Positions 1 through 14,437 of a DNA stretch of 64,000 nt are shown piece by piece (within the stretch, counting starts at the first letter, position 1; each line of letters begins with the position of its first letter). The stretch comes from Psammoneis japonica (lineage: Eukaryota): positions 620,001 through 684,000 of the forward strand of contig QPGO01000004.1 of the NCBI GenBank assembly GCA_008632985.1, in the 5' to 3' direction. The position numbers and the translations under genes were made by a program. Under the pieces are notes generated by a model. That model did not search any database, was not told the DNA's origin, and was given only the letters and a program-made list of their open reading frames with translations.

Positions 1-70
1 GAGCCGTGGTGAAAGCCAACGTGCGCTTCGCCGTGGCAAACAAAGTCATCAATATGCAACGTTTTTTCAT
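1..70 (-). CDS. 5' end of a probable signal-peptide/plastid-targeted protein running off the window start
   Basis: ATG at 70 reads MKKRCILMTLFATAKRTLAFTTA, resembling a signal peptide plus an 'AF' cleavage motif. Only 23 codons are visible. Confidence 0.3.
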   Translation of the reverse strand, partial: MKKRCILMTLFATAKRTLAFTTA

Positions 71-584
71 TCCGTCCGTGAGGATGTAGGTATTCAAGCC
101 AGTAGCATAGGGCTAGACACAACTTTTCGTTGCTACACTTTGAACTTGCTGCACCGTCACAACCATCATCTTCTTTCCCTTCCTACAGTATTTTTTTTTT
201 CATTATGTCGGCGGTTGCTGGAGGGAGTTCTTGAGTCACGGATGACGTCATGTTTAGTCCCGCATCAACTGTGGTCACGAGTCACGACTCGCACTGCGAG
301 AACATAGGAGATGAAGACACGATGACACGACAGAAATTCGTTCTGTTCTGACAGCTGTTGCTGTCACAACTCATGACACAACTGAAGAAGCGTTGGAGGC
401 ACGATCAGTCTCTCCAAACACCTGTTCCTATTCATATTGAAGGCTTTTAGGCTCTGAAGTATGTTGGTAAAGCAAAGCGTTGCGCTTGTCCGGAGAAAAC
501 CGGTGCTCGGAATTTTCGGGCCATGTCAACAATGACCATGCCTCAGCAACATGAGAGAACACGTCGGAATCGTCGTCCAAGCAG

Positions 585-1636
585 ATGAATTTGTTCACCG
601 CTATCAATGACGCCATGTCCATTGCCCTGCAGACGGACCCCACTGCAATTGTGTTTGGGGAAGACGTTGCTTTCGGCGGTGTCTTTCGTTGCTCCCAGAA
701 TCTTCGAGAACAATTTGGAGAGAGCCGTGTCTTTAACACGCCCTTATCTGAGAACGGAATTGCCGGATTTGCCATTGGCTATGCTGCCATGGGAGGAACG
801 TCCATTGGAGAAATCCAATTTGCCGACTATGTGTTTCCTGCGTTTGATCAGATTGTGAATGAGCCGCCAAGTTTCGATACCGATCAGGGAATCAGTGGAA
901 CTGTGGAGGACTGACATTGAGAGCACCCTGCGGAGCTGTGGGGCATGGTGGACACTACCATAGCCAAAGTCCTGAAGCTTACTTTGGACATACACCAGGG
1001 ATTAGAGTTGTAATGCCAAGAGGACCTAAAAGTGCGAAGGGGCTTCTATTGAGTTCTATTCGTTGCAATGATCCGGTGATTTTCCTAGAGCCAAAGGTAA
1101 GCATGTGAAATCTTCTTAGAAGTCCTAACCATTTGTTAATATGACAAATCCTGACGCTTCTTCTTTCTCTGTAGGCCTTGTATCGTGCCGCAGTAGAAGA
1201 AGTTCCCGAGGGAGACTATGAGCTACCTTTGGGAAAGGGCGAAATTCTAAGAAGCGGAAGCGATGTAACAGTTGTCGGTTGGGGTGGCCAATTGCGAGTT
1301 TTAGAAAAGGCTTGCGACTTGGCATTACAAGAGGATGGAATACAGTGTGAGCTCATCGATTTACAGTCTATACTTCCCTGGGATGTGGACTTGGTGGAAC
1401 AAAGCGTCCGAAAGACTGGAAAGCTCGTTGTTAGCCACGAGGCTCCAATTACGTGCGGATTTGGGGCTGAGGTGGTCGCCTCGATTCAAGAGAGGTGTTT
1501 TCTCTCGTTGGAGGCTCCCATCCAGCGGGTATGTGGATATGATACTCCGTTTCCTTTGGTGTTTGAAAAGCAGTATATTCCGGACGAGCTGAAGAATCTA
1601 GAAGCTATTCGACATGTTGTGGATTTCGCCGAGTAG
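585..1636 (+). CDS. BCKDHB: Branched-chain alpha-keto acid dehydrogenase E1 beta subunit
   Basis: Motifs [46 protein letters not shown] and [14 protein letters not shown] intron at 1097-1174. An apparent 1-bp deletion near 862 joins VNE to AAKFRYRSG. The true start lies upstream and is unresolved. Confidence 0.93.
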
Positions 1637-1885
1637 AGATTGAATTAGATATCCAGCTAAGATTCGAGAATTTGTTACAGGTATGGTAGGTTTGTTGCAA
1701 AATTTGCTACAGACTAGATTGCTCGCATACGCGTGATAAAACACACGCCCTGCGTCAGTCGCTGCGGACTCTACCCTTCACCATCCAACCTGCATCTGGA
1801 GAAGGAGCGCTCCTAGTTAGCTAGAGTCTCTGCTCTCAGCTTGACGTGGAAACACCGGCACTCATTGTATTGTAGATGCATGTCA

Positions 1886-3459
1886 CTATTCGTCGCGACG
1901 AATGGCAGGGTGGGCCTTGCACCACGCCAAACGTTCTCGGGCAGCGGCGGCCACCTCCTCCCCGTCGATGTCGGCGTGAGTCCGATAGTAACTAGGGTAA
2001 AGAGGTCCCAACAAGAGGTCGGACGGATGTCGGAGGGCCTGCCATAAAGTGGGCGTCACTCCGAGTTCGTCTCCCAGCTCCTCGATGACTTCGTGCGTAA
2101 GATCATACGTTGTGTGCTTGCCTTGCATCCTAATGGTCTTGATGGCCTCGGCACCCTTTCGGACGTCTGACTCGGCCGGTCGAGGGATTTTTCCTGACCA
2201 AATTGCGGCCACGTATCTGGCTTGCATTTCCACGAGGGGAAACTGGGCACCGAAACAATCCGTCTTGGTCACGGCCAGATTGCGCACGTCAGGTACGAGC
2301 GTTCGTTTATAGGCCGCCACGTCCGTCATGCCAGAGGGTCCAACAAAGGCACCCATTTGTTTCTGAAAGTCCTCCGTGAAAAAAGACAAATCCAGACCTG
2401 TATAGCCGGTGGCCGATATGATTGCGTCAAACTCTTGCGAAGTGCCGTCGATGAAGGTGACAGTTTTACCCTCGGCACTGACAAAATTGGGTTTCACGAA
2501 GAGTCGTTTTTCCTGAACCTCTTGTATGTATCCAGAGGTGTATGCACACGCCATCTCCTTCATCGAGGCTTCTGGGTCCGGCACGACATCTGCCGGCGCA
2601 TTCTCCAGTGTCAGCTGAGTGGGATAATGTTTGAGGGTGTCGGCCTTGAATGCCGACAAAACGAGACTCTCAGGCAGGTAAGGCTTGAGCCAAAGACCCA
2701 ACCTCTTGAAAAAGGCCAGTTCAAGGGAGGTCCCGCCTCGGTGAACTTGTCCAGCAAATAGTGGGGCCGCCGAACGGAGTTCACCACGAGTTCGGCGCCG
2801 TACTGCTTTCGACTCAGGTGACATGCAATGTCAGAGCCGGATACTGCCCCACCGACCACCAAGACGCGTTGTCCACGGAAATCCTCGAGAGAATTCACCT
2901 CCTGACTATGCAAAATTTTACCGGTGTAGTTTGAGAGCTTGTCTTTTAGGGGCATCTTGGGAGTGGTGAAACGTCCGTTGCAAAGGATGACAGCGTCGAA
3001 CTCTTCCTCTTGTCGTTTGCCGCCCTTAGCCTTGATGGTTGTAACGAGGAAATTTCCTCCCATTTCGTCGGAGGAGCGACTAATGGAGGCTACGGTTGTC
3101 CCAAGACGAAAGCGTTCCGACAGTTCAAAGTGATCCGCGTAGGCCCGGAGATAGGCACCCGCCTCCTTTTGACTCGCAAAAAAGCCGCCTACCTCTTCAG
3201 CGTCTTGCATGCAATAATCCTCGGCGTTCCAGGCAAAGTCGGAAAACTCCGACGTGGAACGGGTTGTGTTGAGCGTCAGCTCCTTGTAGACACCCGAGTT
3301 GCGATTGTTTATGCACCACATGCCGCCAATCTCGTCGCGACGCTCAAAGGCTGTCGGCTCGAGACCGGCGGCAAGGAGTTCCTTGGTGGCAGCCAAGCCC
3401 GCGGGACCCAATCCGACGACAGCCACCGTTTGAATCCTGTTTTTCTCATCTGGAGCCAT
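1886..3459 (-). CDS. Flavin-containing monooxygenase (FMO-like)
   Basis: GLGPAG FAD motif, FERRDEIGGMW, YTGKILHSQ FMO signature, VLVVGGAVSGSDIA NADPH motif and DAIISATGY. Two ORFs are joined by a frameshift near 2737. Confidence 0.88.
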
Positions 3460-3752
3460 TGTTGTAGCGTCCGCTTTGTTGTTCCAACGAAGAATGGCAA
3501 CGCATCATCAAGAATTCGTTCCGTTGCATTCATTGCAGAAAAGAAAGAACAGCAAGGAACGAAAAACAAAAAAATGAGGGTGCGCCGCACATTGAATCAT
3601 CCAGAATATCTTCAACTTGAACCTCCTGACAACAGACAAACACCAAACAAGAGGAAAAAGGACGAAAATAGTAATTTCGACAATTTCCGAATTTCGACAC
3701 AAAAATGGTTGATTTCGACCTAGCTCTCGCTCTCACCCATCACAAATTCACT

Positions 3753-4803
3753 ATGATGATATCCAAATCGAGTGGTACCGTCATGATTCGTCTCGTGCCC
3801 CCTGAAAAGCTACTGGCAACCCTGGTGCCAATGAGGAGCTTGCTGTGCGTCGTTGCATCCCGAGATTTGCTTGGTTTGGCAGTTTCAGATCCGTACCTGG
3901 GATCGGGTCGCCCTTTAGCGCCGGTGTCGTCAGGGGCAGATTTACCAGCCATTGTGAGCGAGAATGGGGTTGGCGGTTTGCTTTGGGGATTACCTATGAG
4001 TGAGAAAGACACGCAGGAAAATGCAAAGATTATTCGAGAAATGACCATCAGGGAATGCGAAATTGATTTGCCCCAATGCACCGTTGACGACGGCATCACG
4101 TGGGAAGAAGCTCGCATCGAGGCGCAAGCCGAAGTGGAAATGTGGGAAGACGTCGTGTTTGAAGACAATAACCTTTCCACTGAAGCAGCTATAGTTCTGA
4201 ACAATTTCCTCTGGGTTCATACGGGTGGTTGGAGGAACACATTTGGATAGGATTGCTAGAGGGAGTGATTGTTATTTTGCTGCCGATGCTGTGCCATGCA
4301 TGCCGGGACAGCCGAGCGGCCCATTCATCTTAATCGAACCATCGCAGAAAGTGGCTCCGGAATCTTTTTCTGGACTTTTGATAGTGACGGCTGTGAGTTC
4401 ATTGATGTGGAAACCATTCGCCCAGTTCTAGGCTACTATGTAGTGGTTACACCAGGCATCCCGACATACGTTGACGCATGCGTGACAGCTCAATTCGATC
4501 TAGGCGCATCCAATGACTGCACTTCTCATGCCGTACGACCGCGGTGATATAATTTGAACATGGTTGTGGGATATCGGCCAGCGATCCCTCTATGATTTTT
4601 ACTTAACAAGATCTCAAAGACGCATCACAAGGAATGGACTTGGCGTAGAATACATGGTGATGAATGACATTCAAGCTGACCCAGAGGGCAGTTTCGGTAC
4701 TATCGGGTTTGAAGTCGACACGTATAAAGATGCGTTTACTGGACGTTCGAGGGCAACGGATATACCATTCGAGACTTGCAGAATTCTTTGTGATGTTGTA
4801 TAG
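3753..4803 (+). pseudogene. Hypothetical protein broken into several frames (pseudogene or assembly indels)
   Basis: Consecutive protein-like ORFs (3705-4250, 4269-4547, 4564-4803) on the same strand. No family recognised. Confidence 0.3.
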
Positions 4804-6097
4804 ATTTTGGCATCGTTCAAGTCCTACTCCAGAAACTGGAACTAACAAACGTTGTAGGAAACGGCGTTCTTGCCAGAGAAGTAAACGATGTCTACCACGC
4901 CACCATTTGGCAGAATGGTTGGACACACTTATGGTAGATGCAACGTCCAGGTCTCATGCTGCGTGTAATTGTTGGAAACGTCCATGGACGACAGAGTTGC
5001 GTTCATAAGTGTAGCGCGTAAGAAGTCAGAGGGGAATATTTCTGTGCAGGCTGGGTCGGGCAGTACAACTGAATGTGGAACATGTAGTGATGGACTAGAG
5101 TAGGCTACATCAGCGGCAGAGTACCTTAAGGAGGATATGGGAGCTTGAGGTCTTGTTGGGGTGTCAAGATATTGCCAAGTGTTTTCATTGGCAATTGTTT
5201 CGCGACTTGCGAAGCTTCTGCAACAAAATGCGGTTCGGGAATCATCCAAGAAGAGGTATTTAGGTGGCCTGATTGGCAATTTCGCGCCTGACCGCAAAGC
5301 CCTCGACAACAATCGGTGACTACGTACCTAATGTAGACAAAGTGAAGGTGGTAGGTGGTGCAGGTTATTTTCAATGTTATAGACACCAACCCAGGCCGAT
5401 GAGAAGATATAGAGTGCCAAGTTCCTGAACTCCTTGCCGTGGACCGTATCAAGGGACAGCGAATGAGCCTATCAATCTTGATCAAGTTTCGGCGTCCTCG
5501 TTAGGTGGCTATTCTTGGGCGGTTGAGAACGACAAGTGTACTTTGGTCGACGCGGAAATTCTCCATCCAGTTTAACGGCTACTCTTGGTGGAGAAGCCCT
5601 CAGAGACTACGCTACCGTCACCGTCATACCGAAAGCCAGGGGCAAATTGAACCTAAAGATACGCAAGCATCTTCTGACTGTCAAACTCTAGTTGAAACCA
5701 GTCAGTACAGTACTCTGAAACAGTCATGGAGACTGAGCAACAAGCTGTGGTTTATTAAGAAGTGGCTTAAAGGACAGGCTGATTCTAATGTCTGGATGAA
5801 GCAAATGTCCAGGAAAGAAAAGCTTGTCATCGACGCCACAGTTGATCAGGTGTTGGTCCTCCTGAATCAATGCGAGGGGCAGTTTTGTTCCAAGTTACAG
5901 CAGAGAAGATTAACGCAGCGCTGCTCTTTTTTAGCATGTTCATCAGCGAGAACCGCATTTAAGGCTACACAAGTATAAGAAAGCGACTGTATCTACTGAC
6001 AACCACATGCATAGGATGCACTACGTTGTAAAAACACACACATACCCTAGGAGTACAATAGGTCAGTTGAAGCACTCGACGCGAGCTACAGTATTAG

Positions 6098-7663
<1,566 letters not shown>

Positions 7664-7832
7664 ATTCGTAGCTGGTATAATCGCGATAGCAAGAAAACTA
7701 AAAAGCACTTTCTTTGCTGTAAACAACCCTTACTGTAGTCGTATATGATATCATTTAAAAGTATCAACTACTACGTGTTCAATTTTCTACACATTGGCAA
7801 GATCGAATCATGCCGAACCGCATTGCTCATTC

Positions 7833-9166
7833 TCAAACAGTAGCCTTGGCGACAAGAGCACCATTCTTATCCATGGCTTCCGCTACCAAGACGGCATTCA
7901 GGGCGGCTCCACGCAACAGTTGGTCCCCACTGACAAAGAACTCAATTCCATTATCAAAGACAATGGACTTGCGAAGTCGGCCAACCTCCACATCATATTG
8001 TCCGGTGGCTGTGAGAGGCATTGGATACTCGAGGTTATCGGGGTCGTCAACGAGCTTGACACCCGGTGCCTCTTCAAGAGCCTTACGAGCGGCGGCGATA
8101 TCCACAGGCTTTTCGGTTTCCACAACAATAGCCTCCGAATGAGCGCGGTATGTGGGGATACGGACAGCAGTACAGCTGACGGGGAAATCATCTGGCAAGT
8201 CACAGATCTTACGGGTCTCCCATGTAACCTTCATCTCTTCCTTGGTGTATCCGTTCTCCTGGAACTTGTCAATCTGCGGAATAACGTTGAAAGGCAGAGG
8301 ATGGGCAAAGATCTTGTTCTCTGCGACATCTCTTTCGCCACTGAGAACCGTACGAGTACCTTCCTGAAGTTCATCCATACCGGGCTGTCCAGCACCAGAG
8401 GCGGCTTGGTAGGTGGACATGAGAACCTTCTTGAGCCCAAAGAGCTTGTGAAGAGGCCACAAAGCCATGAGGCCAATGGCAGTCGTACAGTTGGGGTTGG
8501 CAATCAATTTGTAGCCTTTCGTCGCATCGCCGTTAATTTCAGGAACACACAAGGGAACCTTGGGGTTGTAGCGGAAAGCAGACTTTATGGCGGCAGAAGA
8601 AAGAAATAGATGTGACAACGACATGTTAGCCAAAGGCTTCGAGCAGGAAAAACGATGCAGTCATACTCTTAGGAATTGAAACATACCGAGTTATCAATCA
8701 CAACAGCTCCATCATCTCCCGCTGAGATAGCTTCCGCATGTTCTAGAGAGAAATCTCCACTGACAGCCAAGAAAACAACGTCGCATTCTCTCGCTTTCTC
8801 AACATCGAATAGTTCAACATCAATTGTACCGTACTTTTCAGTCTCGATCTTGCTTCCCGCAGACCTGGAGCTTCCAAAGATGCGGAGGGATTCAACAGGA
8901 AAGTTTCTGTTCTCCAAGCACTGGCGAATTTCCTTTCCAACAGCTCCAGTGGCACCGACAATCGCAACCTTGTAGGACATTTGGAGAGGGCTGCTTGGGC
9001 TGGATCGGGAAAAACGCTGAGAGCTTCGGTTTACCGTGAAGGACGACCTTGAAAGAGCTGAACGAGGCTGGAGGGATGAATGAGTGACTCCAAAAGCAGC
9101 TTCAGTGGTATGGAAAGAGGCTGCAGCAACGAACAAAGCAGCGACGGCTCCGTATGAGAACTTCAT
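7833..9166 (-). CDS. asd: Aspartate-semialdehyde dehydrogenase, plastid-targeted
   Basis: [20 protein letters not shown] spanning intron 8583-8686, catalytic [16 protein letters not shown] and [13 protein letters not shown]. Bipartite presequence (TEAAF). Confidence 0.95.
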
Positions 9167-9744
9167 TGTAGCTTCTGGTTTGTTTTGTGATGTCCGATGT
9201 TCTTTTGGCTTTTTTGGGTGGAGTTCGGACGCGCGTGTGTGTGGCGTCGGATGGAATCTGAAAAGCGCGCGCTTTCGCAGCCGCACAAATCCCAAAATCT
9301 TTTTCGGAAGGCGCCGGGTCTGTCTGTTTTCCTCAGATAAGAAGTATGGATAGAGTTCAGTCTATTGAACTTTCACATCTTGTTTTACCGGTATGTAGTC
9401 TTTCTTTACTTCTACTTTGAGTTGCTGGTTGCTGGAAGATAAGAACGAGACAATGGACGACGCACTAAAAGAGAAGAAGCGCATCATGAACTACTCCAGA
9501 GTAGTCGCTACACATTATTTGTTCCGCATTGCTTTTCCGCGATGAAGCAGTGTAAAGAGATTTGTTTTCGCTTTTGGGCATCCCATAACAAGAATCAACG
9601 CTCAAGTGAAGAAAACAGAGACTGTGATAAACAAGTATTTTCTATGTCTACAATGTATGGACTCAACACTCCTCTCTTGCCAACTTGACCCGCGATAGCT
9701 GTACTGGCGCCTTCATTTGCAACCAAGAACCTTTCTGTTCGTGT

Positions 9745-10192
9745 CTAGCCGAAGAAGCCTCCCTTCTTTTTCGTTTCAACTTTTCCACTAGCTGATCCCT
9801 TTGGCACTTTCTTGAAACGACGCTTCACTGAACCACATGGCGGACAGCTCCAGTTGTCTGGGAGTTTCTTCCACGCCTCTGGTCCTTTTGTAAACACATA
9901 GCCACAATCCTGCATCATCAAGGGAAAACGAAGCAACGTAAGTCAACCATCGAATTTAGTAGGCTCTCGGAAGGAAAACGATTTCAAGCGAGAAACGTAT
10001 ACTGATTCTATAACGTACCAAGCAGACGTAGTCACCCGGGCTCCCATCATCTTTTGGACCAAAGAACATATTCAATTGGCTGGTGCTTCTTGGCGCCGCT
10101 ACTACTCGATTCCCGACAAAGGCAGAGGAAGAAAAAGCACTGACATTGCAGGCCATAAGAACCGCAAGGATGATAGCGAAAACACTCTTCAT
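9745..10192 (-). CDS. Plastid-targeted rubredoxin-like protein
   Basis: YVCL|DCGY...LPDNWSCPPCG (two CxxC motifs) across intron 9910-10018. Signal peptide ends VSAF. Confidence 0.9.
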
Positions 10193-10558
10193 TTTCAAAA
10201 GGCTGATTTCGGTAAAAGTGGGGTACAGAAGCTTACAGGTGAATAATGAGAATGGTGTGAATTGCTGATGTTGTAGACTCGACTTTGGCTGATGACACGA
10301 TTGATGCTGATGATAAGACGTATCCACGTCAGCCTCCAAATAAATGTTGATGACGCAAAAGCGCGGGGAATTTGTGGCGCGCACAAGCAACCGTCCGCCG
10401 ATGGTGAGAATAGATGCCCGCAATCTCCAACTCCGCTCCGCTTCTGCATGCTTCATCTCTGACTTTGAACGCAGCAGTGCCGATAAGCATCACCAACTTC
10501 TTCTGAAGAAACCGTTTTGTCGAATGCTTTTATTTTTTGTCGCCATCTTCTGTGAACC

Positions 10559-11513
10559 ATGAGTAGCTTGGGCACAAGAAGGTTTTTCGTGTTGACGAAT
10601 CGGTACCGTCGTGACTTTGCCATAACTGCATCCCAAGCGAGTTTCAGCACGACGCAAGAACCAGCAACGAATGAGAAAGGATTCTTAGCTAAAATGTGGG
10701 ACAAGTACTCGATTCAAGGTCAAAACCGGAGGATTGTATTGGGAGAACACCTGTTCCGAGCCGCGCAGCAACGCTCCAACGACCCGTAAGTGTTTGAGAT
10801 TTTTCTAGTGTCGGTTGAAAGATATGATGCCCTGTATGTTTCTCATGCTTTATCTTGTACGTAGCGCTTGGTATCACCCAGGAAGAGTCGGAAGAGAGTT
10901 TCGTCCTCGTCACGCCATCTTGACAATGCATATCTGGTTTCTTCACAAACGCCTCATTAGCGATAAGCAAGATCCGAGTTTCTCGCTGTTGATTCAGGAA
11001 GAACTGTTTGATATTCTTTGGCATGACACAAAATCACGTATACGCGCCGAGGGTGTGAATGAGTTGACGGTGAACAAACACCTCAAAGATGTTCAAGCGT
11101 ACACCTTTCAACATTTATGTCATTACGACCACTGCTACACAGAACTTCTCGACAATCCAAAGGAGCGGTTCGAAACCATTGGAGGGTTGGTGTGGCGTCA
11201 CATCTTGATGCAAGATGAAGAGGCGCATGATGACTTTATTAAGAGATTGGCACATTATATTGAATTCCAGTACAACAACATTTGCACCGAGCTCCCTGCC
11301 GAATACTTTCACGAGGGTCGCATTGCTTGGGGTGAAATGCCTGATTTTTCCGGGATGAAAGACAACTCTGGCAATCTTTTGGAAGACAGCCCAATGCATG
11401 AGGATGATTTGCTGCCTCCCGGATGGCTCAAGAACTTGACGGACAGTGGAGAACCTTACTACTGGGAAGTAGCAACTATGAAATCACAGTGGGAGAAGCC
11501 GAAACGATCATAA
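10559..11513 (+). CDS. Ubiquinol-cytochrome c reductase chaperone (Cbp3/UQCC1 family) with C-terminal WW domain
   Basis: Cbp3-like core HAILTMHIWFLHKRL...LFDILWHD...YDH. WW motif LPPGW...PYYW...SQWEKP. Intron at 10786-10864. Confidence 0.8.
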
Positions 11514-11921
11514 AGGCTCTGTTCTCGTCCAAAGTATTAGTTTGAGTTGTACTCACTCCAGCGTAAGACCCTCCAAACAACAAACAACTATCTTTGCTCT
11601 TCTCTAATCTTCTCATGTTTTACCTCTAGTAGCTAGACTTACCGGCACTGAAGAGCGAACTGTTTGGATGAGAGACGGACGCATGTTTGTTGTGGCGTGG
11701 CGTGGCTAGGCATGCTTTATATTTCATATTTGTACATGAAGCAAGATAATAGAAGTTATTTTTATACATCATTGAAGATCAATGAATAGCTAATATTTTC
11801 GAAATTGGGAAGGGAAGAGCTTTTCCGCGCCGAGATCATTTTTCCAACACAAACATCAATGACATGTTCATGTTGAATGTTGTTGCTACGCTGCGCATCA
11901 CTCATACCGTAATAAGTTTTC

Positions 11922-13418
11922 ATGTTCACGATGATGCAAGGAGGAAACATATTTCCCATTCCGAGTAGCAATGCCTGCGCCGTGTTTGTTCCTTCGCCCA
12001 ACCTCGGGGATGCCGCGAGTCTCGAGCACATGAACAAGCTCTTCAAGGCCCGTCAGGCTTTCTCGCAAAACTTTCTTTTTGCCACGGGTGATTCCCATAA
12101 TCTAGACAAGGAACGGATTTACCACGAACTCTACCAGGACATTAAGGCGCACGCAGACTTTTGGTTCACTCGCGTTTTTTGTCCAGAAATGGAGTCCAAG
12201 TATGCCGAGTGGACCTTGGGGATTCTGGGAACGCTCGCCACGATCCGTAGGCAGCGAGGCGACGTCAGAGCTTGTCTGGAGATCTTGAAGCTAGATACCA
12301 AAGTACTTGAGGTCTATCAGAATATTGCCGACTACGACAACCCGGCCGAAAGAGAGTGCGTACGGGGACTAACCTACAAGTATAACTTGATTGTCGTCAA
12401 TGCCAACAGTCAAGCTCGCAACAGAGAAGTTGCACTCAAAGCCTTTCGCGACGCAGTTGTTTATGAAATCGAAGAAGCATACACCTTTGAGCAGCAAAAT
12501 TTTGGATACATGCTTCAGCGTCTTGGGGATAAGGACGAATACATGACTATGGAGCGTCTCAACAGCACTCCGGATGAGCTCATCTGGTCGACCTTGACGG
12601 CCATGATGGGTATGAGCCCATCGACCGTGAGCCATCTTCCCGTTGAGCCCAAGCTTTGTGACTATTGCGGCACAGAAGAGGAAATGTGCGGAGACATGAT
12701 GCGGTGCTCGGCTTGTCAAAAAGCGTTTTATTGCAACAAGGAGTGCCAGAAGCTGCACTGGAAGACGCTTCACAAACCCGAGTGTCGCGGCAAGCTGTAC
12801 AAAAAGGTCAAAGTTGGTGCGGAATCCATCAAGACTGCTGCCAAGATAATGACCAACAACTATGCGGAAACGGTGAGAAGGCATACGGGAGAAACAGTTT
12901 CCGATGAGAACAAACAAGCTGCGTTTCCGTGCCTTGTCAAACTCCTGAAGGAATTTCTCTTGAAGCATAAAGAGTTTAATTCGGGAAACGGCTTTTCTGA
13001 CATGCCCCGAGATGCCGAGTTTCTCGCCGAAGTCTCAAAGTACTTTGAGCAACAGCGTGGATACGAAGACTTAGTCGTAATCCATCAAAAGCCCGAGTGT
13101 CGTCGTCACCGCGCGGCGGTCACGTCGCCCGATAGAGAGAACGAGGTTCTCGTTGACGATGACACCCTTTTGGACTTTGCCCGAGGCTTCATGTCGCAAA
13201 TGAACCCACACTTTCGAGAACTTGGAGTGACAGTCGAGACGACGGATGAAATCGTGCATGCAGTTGTGTTGACCTTGAAGGAATACATGCTCTCCAATCC
13301 CGAGTACAATTCGTATCGAGGTTTCACCAAGCTGAAGAATAGCAACGAAGCCCGAGATGCAGCTGTAACGACCATTACAGATATTTTGGTAAGGAAAGGT
13401 CACGTCAGCGACGACTAG
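11922..13418 (+). CDS. MYND zinc-finger protein
   Basis: CDYC...RCSACQKAFYCNKECQKLHWKTLHKPEC within a 498-aa intronless ORF. Confidence 0.85.
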   Translation: MFTMMQGGNIFPIPSSNACAVFVPSPNLGDAASLEHMNKLFKARQAFSQNFLFATGDSHNLDKERIYHELYQDIKAHADFWFTRVFCPEMESKYAEWTLGILGTLATIRRQRGDVRACLEILKLDTKVLEVYQNIADYDNPAERECVRGLTYKYNLIVVNANSQARNREVALKAFRDAVVYEIEEAYTFEQQNFGYMLQRLGDKDEYMTMERLNSTPDELIWSTLTAMMGMSPSTVSHLPVEPKLCDYCGTEEEMCGDMMRCSACQKAFYCNKECQKLHWKTLHKPECRGKLYKKVKVGAESIKTAAKIMTNNYAETVRRHTGETVSDENKQAAFPCLVKLLKEFLLKHKEFNSGNGFSDMPRDAEFLAEVSKYFEQQRGYEDLVVIHQKPECRRHRAAVTSPDRENEVLVDDDTLLDFARGFMSQMNPHFRELGVTVETTDEIVHAVVLTLKEYMLSNPEYNSYRGFTKLKNSNEARDAAVTTITDILVRKGHVSDD

Positions 13419-13644
13419 GGCCCTAGGGACTTTGTGTGAAGTTGTGGCGTATTTGGGGCTGTCCATGGGTGGCATGTGCAGCTTGTGTACGATACATAAT
13501 CCTTGGCATTTAGAATTGTTTGTGTTGAAATGTTGCAAAATTTGCGTCGTTCTTTTTTTTCTTTTTTTTTTTTAAAGCAAGACAGTCGGTCACAGAGCTG
13601 CTGATGGGTGTCATTGAAGCGTCTGGATGTTGCAACTTTTATAA

Positions 13645-14437
13645 GTTGGTGAAAGGCAGGATTCGCAACTGGACAAGAGACGCCACCAGCCGGACATCGA
13701 CTGAGGAAGTGTCGGGCATTGGGAGGGATCATCATGTCCATGCACGCAAAATGCTTGTGAGCACTGTTGATCAACTTCCTTGAAAGTGACTTGGTCTCTC
13801 TCAATTGGTTTGAGTCATTGCTTGGACCAGGTTGTGAACAAGTGATCCAGAGGAGCCACACTGTCCAACGGCCATCTTTGGCCTGTCAAAACAACCCGCA
13901 GCTGGAAACCCATGTGCCAATGACAAGCACAGCAGGGCCCACCATGATGGGGTTCCTTTGCCACACATGGCATGACAGGCACTCGACACTGAACACCTCT
14001 TGTCTTTTTCTTTCCTGTCTTTTGTCTCTTCTCAAATGGAGTCTGCTGGGGGGTGGGGGNNNNNNNNNGGGGGGGGGCAAGCAAGGTGCTGGCATTGCAT
14101 GACAGCAGTGTGTGGCATGCAGCAAGGCTCAGTGCCTTGGCACACTCACACAGCTCTTCACTGTTTTCAACACCAAGCTGAGAAAAATGTCTCTGGCTTG
14201 TTTTTGTTGTGTTGTGTGCATGGCATTGCTGTGGTTGTGTCAGAGGGCAGCCAACTTGTGCCCAGAGAGCTTTGCAACAACACAGTCATTTCAAAATTTG
14301 CTCAATGCCAGAAGAGTCAAAAACATGCTCACACACACACTCAAAATTAGATGCTGCACATGTGCCACACATTCATGCACCACATTTGTCTTTTCACCAG
14401 CTTTCACCACCATTCCAAGAATCGCTGCAGATCTCTT
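13645..14437. mobile_element. Degenerate repeat, left part of the older sequence into which the copia inserted (contains assembly gap 14060-14068)
   Basis: TpA- and CpG-poor with no credible gene. A weak piggyBac-like peptide (QHNKNKPE, cf. QYNKxKP) occurs on the minus strand. Family uncertain. Confidence 0.45.

Noticed and set aside
855..870. Frameshifts in conserved genes (BCKDHB ~862, FMO ~2737, lactamase ~52250, CRTISO-like ~53580, gag-pol ~18469) as programmed frameshifting or pseudogenisation
   Set aside because: Each is repaired by adding one base to a short homopolymer run and the flanking protein is intact. This is typical of consensus indel error. It does not account for the TA substitution pattern, which is confined to repeats.
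4900..5980. ORFs between the hypothetical gene and RUVBL2
   Set aside because: No recognisable domain and multiple stops. It may be a decayed gene, but the sequence does not support a call.
14048..14077. G-rich tract as a G-quadruplex or telomeric feature
   Set aside because: It flanks an N gap, so the sequence is unreliable.
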